Notes under the pieces: model-generated
Told to the model about the DNA's origin: nothing
Seen by the model: only the letters and a program-made list of their open reading frames with translations
Databases searched by the model: none
Source: Scenedesmus sp. PABB004
Taxonomy: Eukaryota
Direction: 5' to 3'
NCBI GenBank assembly: GCA_014905635.1
Contig: JABVCE010000022.1
Span: 434,001 to 498,000, forward strand
DNA length: 64,000 bases
Translations under genes and position numbers: made by a program
In this document: one piece after another, positions 59,773 to 64,000 of the stretch
Position numbering within the stretch: the first letter of the stretch is position 1
Layout: the number at the start of each line of letters is the position of its first letter

Positions 59773-62700
59773 ATGCAGCCGCCCGACGGCGCGCCGCCGC
59801 CCGGCGGCGCGCCCGGCCCGGCGGCTGGCGAGCGGCCGGAAGGTGCGGCCGGCAGGGGGCGCGCGGCGGCGCCGGCGCCAGGCTGCCGCGCGCGCCGCTG
59901 CTCACGCTCCGCGCGCCGCCCGCGCGGCCGCCAGACGCGGCAGCGCCGCCGCGGCAGCAGCAGCCCTACAGCCCCCTCGCCGCGGCCAGCCCCGCGGCCG
60001 CGCAGCCAGCGCCGCAGCAGGCCGCAGCACAGCAGGGGCCGTCGCCCGCGGCGACGGGCGTCGCCTACGTGTCCCTGACCGGCGGTGGGAGCGGCGAGGC
60101 CGGCCCGCGCTCGCCGTCGCGGCTGCGCTACGCGTACAGCAGCGTGCCGGCGCCGGGCGCGCCGGCGGCGGCGCCGGCGCTGCCCAAGTTCATCACCGTG
60201 GAGCAGCTGCCCGCCGGCGCGGCGGAGGTGCGCGCGCTGGGCGCCGCCGCGCCGTGCACGCGCGCGCGCGCGCCGCAGCGCGTGCGGCGTGCGGCGCGGC
60301 TCCCACGTGCCCACGCGCGCCCACGCGCCCGCCCCCGCACCACGCACCACGCTCCCCGCGCCCCACGCAGGAGGAGGTGCAGATCACGCACGTGGCGGGC
60401 AGCGAGGCCAAGCGCGCGGCCGAGGTCGACGCGCGCATCCTCTCGCAGGCGCGGCCGCGCGCCGCCACACACTTGGCGCCGCGCCGCGCGCGCAGATGCG
60501 CCACACCCACGCCTGCGCGCCGCCGTGCGCAGGTGGACGACCTGGTGGAGTACTTCAACTCTCTCTACCACGACGACCAGCTGGACATCAGGTGGGCGGG
60601 GGGCCTTCTCTGCGCCCGAAACGTGCGCACGAGCGCGGCGCCACGCCCCGGGCCGACGCCGCGCGTCCCGGCCGCGCGCGCGCGCCCGCAGCGCGCTGGA
60701 GCAGGAGCTCGCGGGGCGCGACCTGGAGCTGAGCCAGCAGAACCTGGTCATCCAGCAGCTGCTCGCGACGCGCGGCGCGCAGCAGGCGCAGCAGCGCGGC
60801 GGCAAGGGCGTCGTCGTCGCGGTCGACTTGGCCGGGCGGCACAGCGGCTGCGGGTGAGCCTGGGGGGGGGGGGGGGGGGCAGCCGCGCGGCTGCGGCGGT
60901 TCAACCTTGCGTTGCAGCGGCGGCGCGAGCTGCGCGCCCACGCCCGAGCCTGCCGGCCGCCGCGCCGCGCCGCCTGCAGGGTGTGGGCGGGTCCCGGCAG
61001 GCGGCGCGGCCCCGCCTGCTGGGCGTGCGCGGCGCTGCTGGCGGTCGCGGTGCTGCTGGCGATCGTGCTGCCGGCCACGCTCGCGCCGCGCCACGCGCGC
61101 GCGCCGGCGGCGCCGCCGGCGCTCCTCGCGGCGCCGCGCCTCGTGTCGGCGAGCGCGGCGGCGTTGGACTTCAGCGTCACGCTCAGCGGCCCGGGCGTGG
61201 TGTCGTACGTGCTGCTGCCGCGCGCCGCGGCGCGGCGCTTGCTCGCGGCGGCGTCGGCCTGGGGCTCGCTGCCGGGCGCGGACGTGGTCGCCGCGGCGGC
61301 TGGGTGGGGCGGCACGGAGCTCGAGGCGACCGCGGCGGCGTGCGGCAGCGTGCACGTGCCCGCGCCGCCCGGCGGCGGCGACGCGGGCGCCACGTTCTCG
61401 GTGGTCAGCCAGGCCAGCCTGGAGTGCGAGCAGCAGCGCGCGGCCGCCGCAGCCGGCGGGCAGTGCGCCAGCTGCGCGCGCTGCCCGCTGCTGCTGCCGG
61501 GCACGGCCTACGAGCTGCTGGCGGTGGCGGCGGCCGCCGGCGGCGCTGCCGGCGGCACCGTGGTCGCAGAGGTGCGAGGCGCCGCGCGCGGACGGGGCGC
61601 TGGCGGGCCGCCGTCAGCCGGCGCTGCTGGCCGCTCGTACCCTGCCCACGCGCCCCCGCCCCCCGCCGCGCAGGCCGCCACGGCGGCCAACGGCACCGCG
61701 CCGGGCGGCGACGGCACCGCCACGCCGACGAGCGTGCGGCGCTCCGACGCGACCGTTGCGGCGACCGCGTCGCCCGCGGGCGAGGCGTCGTTCCGCCTGG
61801 CCTTTAGCATGACCGCGCCGGGGACGCTGCGCTTCCTGGTGCTGCAGGCGACCAGCTACGTGCGCTTTGCCGACCGCTACGTGGTGATTAACAACGAGGC
61901 ACGTCGTCGCATTGCGAGGCGGCGCGAACAGCCCGGCAGCTGGCCGCAGCGAGAGCTCAGCGCAGCGCGTGCCGACGCCGCGGCCGCCGCCGCCGCGCCG
62001 GGCCCCGCAGGTCGGCGACCCCGCGTCGCAGCTGCTCAGCGCGCGGCGCGGCTTCACGGACGGCGTCGTCGCGCGCGGCGCGGTGGCGGTCGAGTCGGCG
62101 GGCACGCAGTACGCGTGCACCATCGGCGGCAGCGCCGCCGCCGCCTGCGCGTGCACGCCGTCCGCCAACTGCAGCCAGGAGGTGGCGTGCTACGGCGGGC
62201 TGTGCGACTTCAGCCCGCTCGCGCTCGTGGCCAACACGACGTACAAGGCGCGCGGGGCCGGCCTAAACCCTCGGCTGCAGCTGCGCGCGCACGGTCGCGC
62301 ACCGGCCCGGGGCCCCACGCGCCGCCGCCCACGCGGCCGCGCCGCGGTTTCGCTGCGCAGGTGCTGCTCGTGCCCGCCAGCGCGGACGGGAGCAGCCTGG
62401 GCGCGCCGGTGGAGCTCGCGCCGTTCACCACGGCGCCGCCGACCAGCGCGCCGGTGCCGGCGGCGGGCGAGGGCGTCGCGGCGGGCGTCGGGGCCGACCG
62501 CTTCACGCTCGCCGGCGTGCAGCAGGACAGGCCGGGCCTGGCGCGCGTGATCGTGACGCGCCTGAACAGCCAGTCCGCCACCAAGGTGCGCGCGCGGGCC
62601 GCCGATGGAGCAGGCGGGCGGCGGTCCGCGCCACAGCCGGGCGACGCCAACCAGCCCGCCGCCGCCGCCGCTGCCGCAGCTGGCCGCCGGCAGCGCCACG

Positions 62701-64000
62701 CCGCTGCAGCCGGCGGCGCCGCGGCCGCAGCCGCTGCCGGCGCGGCAGCTGCTCGGCGCGGCCGCGTCGCGCCTGCCGCGCGAGCCCGGGCCCGGCACGC
62801 CGGGCACGCTGTTAGCGCCGCCGTGCCTGGCGGAGCTGCCGTGCGGCTCGCTGTCTGAGGCGCAGCTGCGCGGCTACGTCGACGCCGGCGCCGAGACCGT
62901 GGTCGCGCAGCAGTGCGTGCCGCTGCCGACCATCAGCGGGGCCGCCGAGGCCACGGTCGGGCAGCTCGCCAACGACACGATGTATCGCGTGGTCGTCGTG
63001 CACGCCGACACCGCCGGGTGGGCGCGCTGGGCCTGGGCACGCTGCGCCGGGGCGGCTGCCGGGCCCGAACCGGGCCAAGGCTGCAGGCTCACGCCGCCGC
63101 CGCCGCCGCCGCTGTGGCGCAGGAACGAGGCGGTGCTGACGGGCCTGGTGCGCACGCGCGACCTCACGCCGCCGCGGCTCACGGTGCTGGACGCGCCGCC
63201 GCCCGACTTTGACAGCTTCAACCTCACCCTGGCCCTGGACGAGCCGGGCACCGTGTACGGCGGCCTCGTGCTCGCGTCCGACGCGGGCGGCGCGCCGCCC
63301 GAGCCCGCCTGCCCGCCCGCGTTTGCGGGCCCGCTCGTGTGCGAGGTCGCGCTGCCGGCGCCGGACGCCGGCGCCGGCGTGGGCCTTGCCTTCAGCACCG
63401 GGCTGGCGGCCAACACCGACTACGTGCTGCGCCTCATCGCGGCCGACGCGAGCGGCAACTGCCAGCCCGGCTTCACCGAGCTGGCGGTCCACACGCTCGA
63501 CAACGTGCCGCCGCAGACGCTTGCGGCGCGCGTCGAGGGGCTCGGCGGCGACCACGCGACGCTCGCGGTCGCGCTGAACGAGCCCGGCACCGTGCACTTT
63601 ATGGTGCTCCCGCACGGCCCCGCCGGCCCGCCGGCCTGCCCCGCGCCCGACGCGCTCTTCGCCGGCACGCCGCTAAACGCCAGCGCGCTGCCGAGCGCGT
63701 CGTGCGCGGGGGCCGTGCCCGCGCCCGCCGCCGGCGCGGCCGCGCGCGCCAACGTGACGGGCCTGGCCAGCGAGACGGGCTACCGCGCGTGCGTCATCGC
63801 CGCCGACGCGACGCGCCTGGCCAACCGGCAGGCCGCGCCGGCGTCGGTCGACTTCACGACCCTGGACGTCACGCCGCCGGCCCTCGCCGCCGCGCCGCTG
63901 CCCGGCAGCGACGGCAACTTCAGCTGCAGCAGGCGCGGCGCCGGCCGCGCGCGCGCGTGCTGGCAGCGGTGGCCCGGCCGCCCGCGCTGACCGCCTCGCC
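59773..64000 (+). CDS. Large type-II membrane protein with extracellular FN3/Ig-like repeats, 3' end beyond the window
   Basis: N-terminal acidic/coiled-coil exons, hydrophobic CWACAALLAVAVLLAIVLPATL, then repeats with T-x-D-x-x-PP, L-D/N-EPGTV-Y/H, L-x-A-N-T-x-Y and D-x-x-G-N motifs. Confidence 0.75.

Noticed and set aside
1..64000. Hundreds of long overlapping Arg/Ala/Pro/Gly-rich ORFs (for example 28180-31101, 44207-47149, 49777-52788)
   Set aside because: Stops are rare at ~80% GC. These ORFs are antisense or off-frame shadows of spliced genes and lack domain motifs.

Overview
Gene-dense, extremely GC-rich (roughly 80% by eye) nuclear DNA of a chlorophyte green alga, most likely Sphaeropleales (Raphidocelis/Monoraphidium/high-GC Scenedesmus type; this is inference from intron style, GC and gene content). 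Most ORF-track entries are GC artefacts. The real genes are spliced, and I rebuilt about 24 of them by hand from exon motifs and splice sites: trypsin-like protease, NTF2/SnoaL-like protein, ITPase, a secreted orphan, argininosuccinate lyase, YqgF nuclease, DRG1 GTPase, MCC alpha, QCR9, secreted class-3 lipase, a 93-aa secreted Cys-rich prepropeptide absent from the ORF track, SRPBCC protein, GGCT-like protein, RlmE/MRM2 methyltransferase, augmin subunit 2, Tic62-like SDR, a small Cys/His (UL92/SKIP31-like) protein, 5-formyl-THF cyclo-ligase, MCM10, and BSD, F-box, KH-WW, TBC RabGAP and FN3-like membrane proteins. The most notable items are: (1) the defensin-like peptide gene next to a secreted lipase; (2) ~980-bp inverted repeats bracketing the Tic62-like gene, consistent with a staggered-break inversion; (3) two repeated short motifs in the Tic62-like tail; (4) splicing oddities, including at least 21 GC-AG introns, a 15-nt exon carrying the RabGAP catalytic Gln, an intron inside a start codon, and a duplicated exon end behind telomere-like repeats. 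No rRNA, tRNA, CRISPR array or transposase was recognised. Gene models are manual and untested against RNA.
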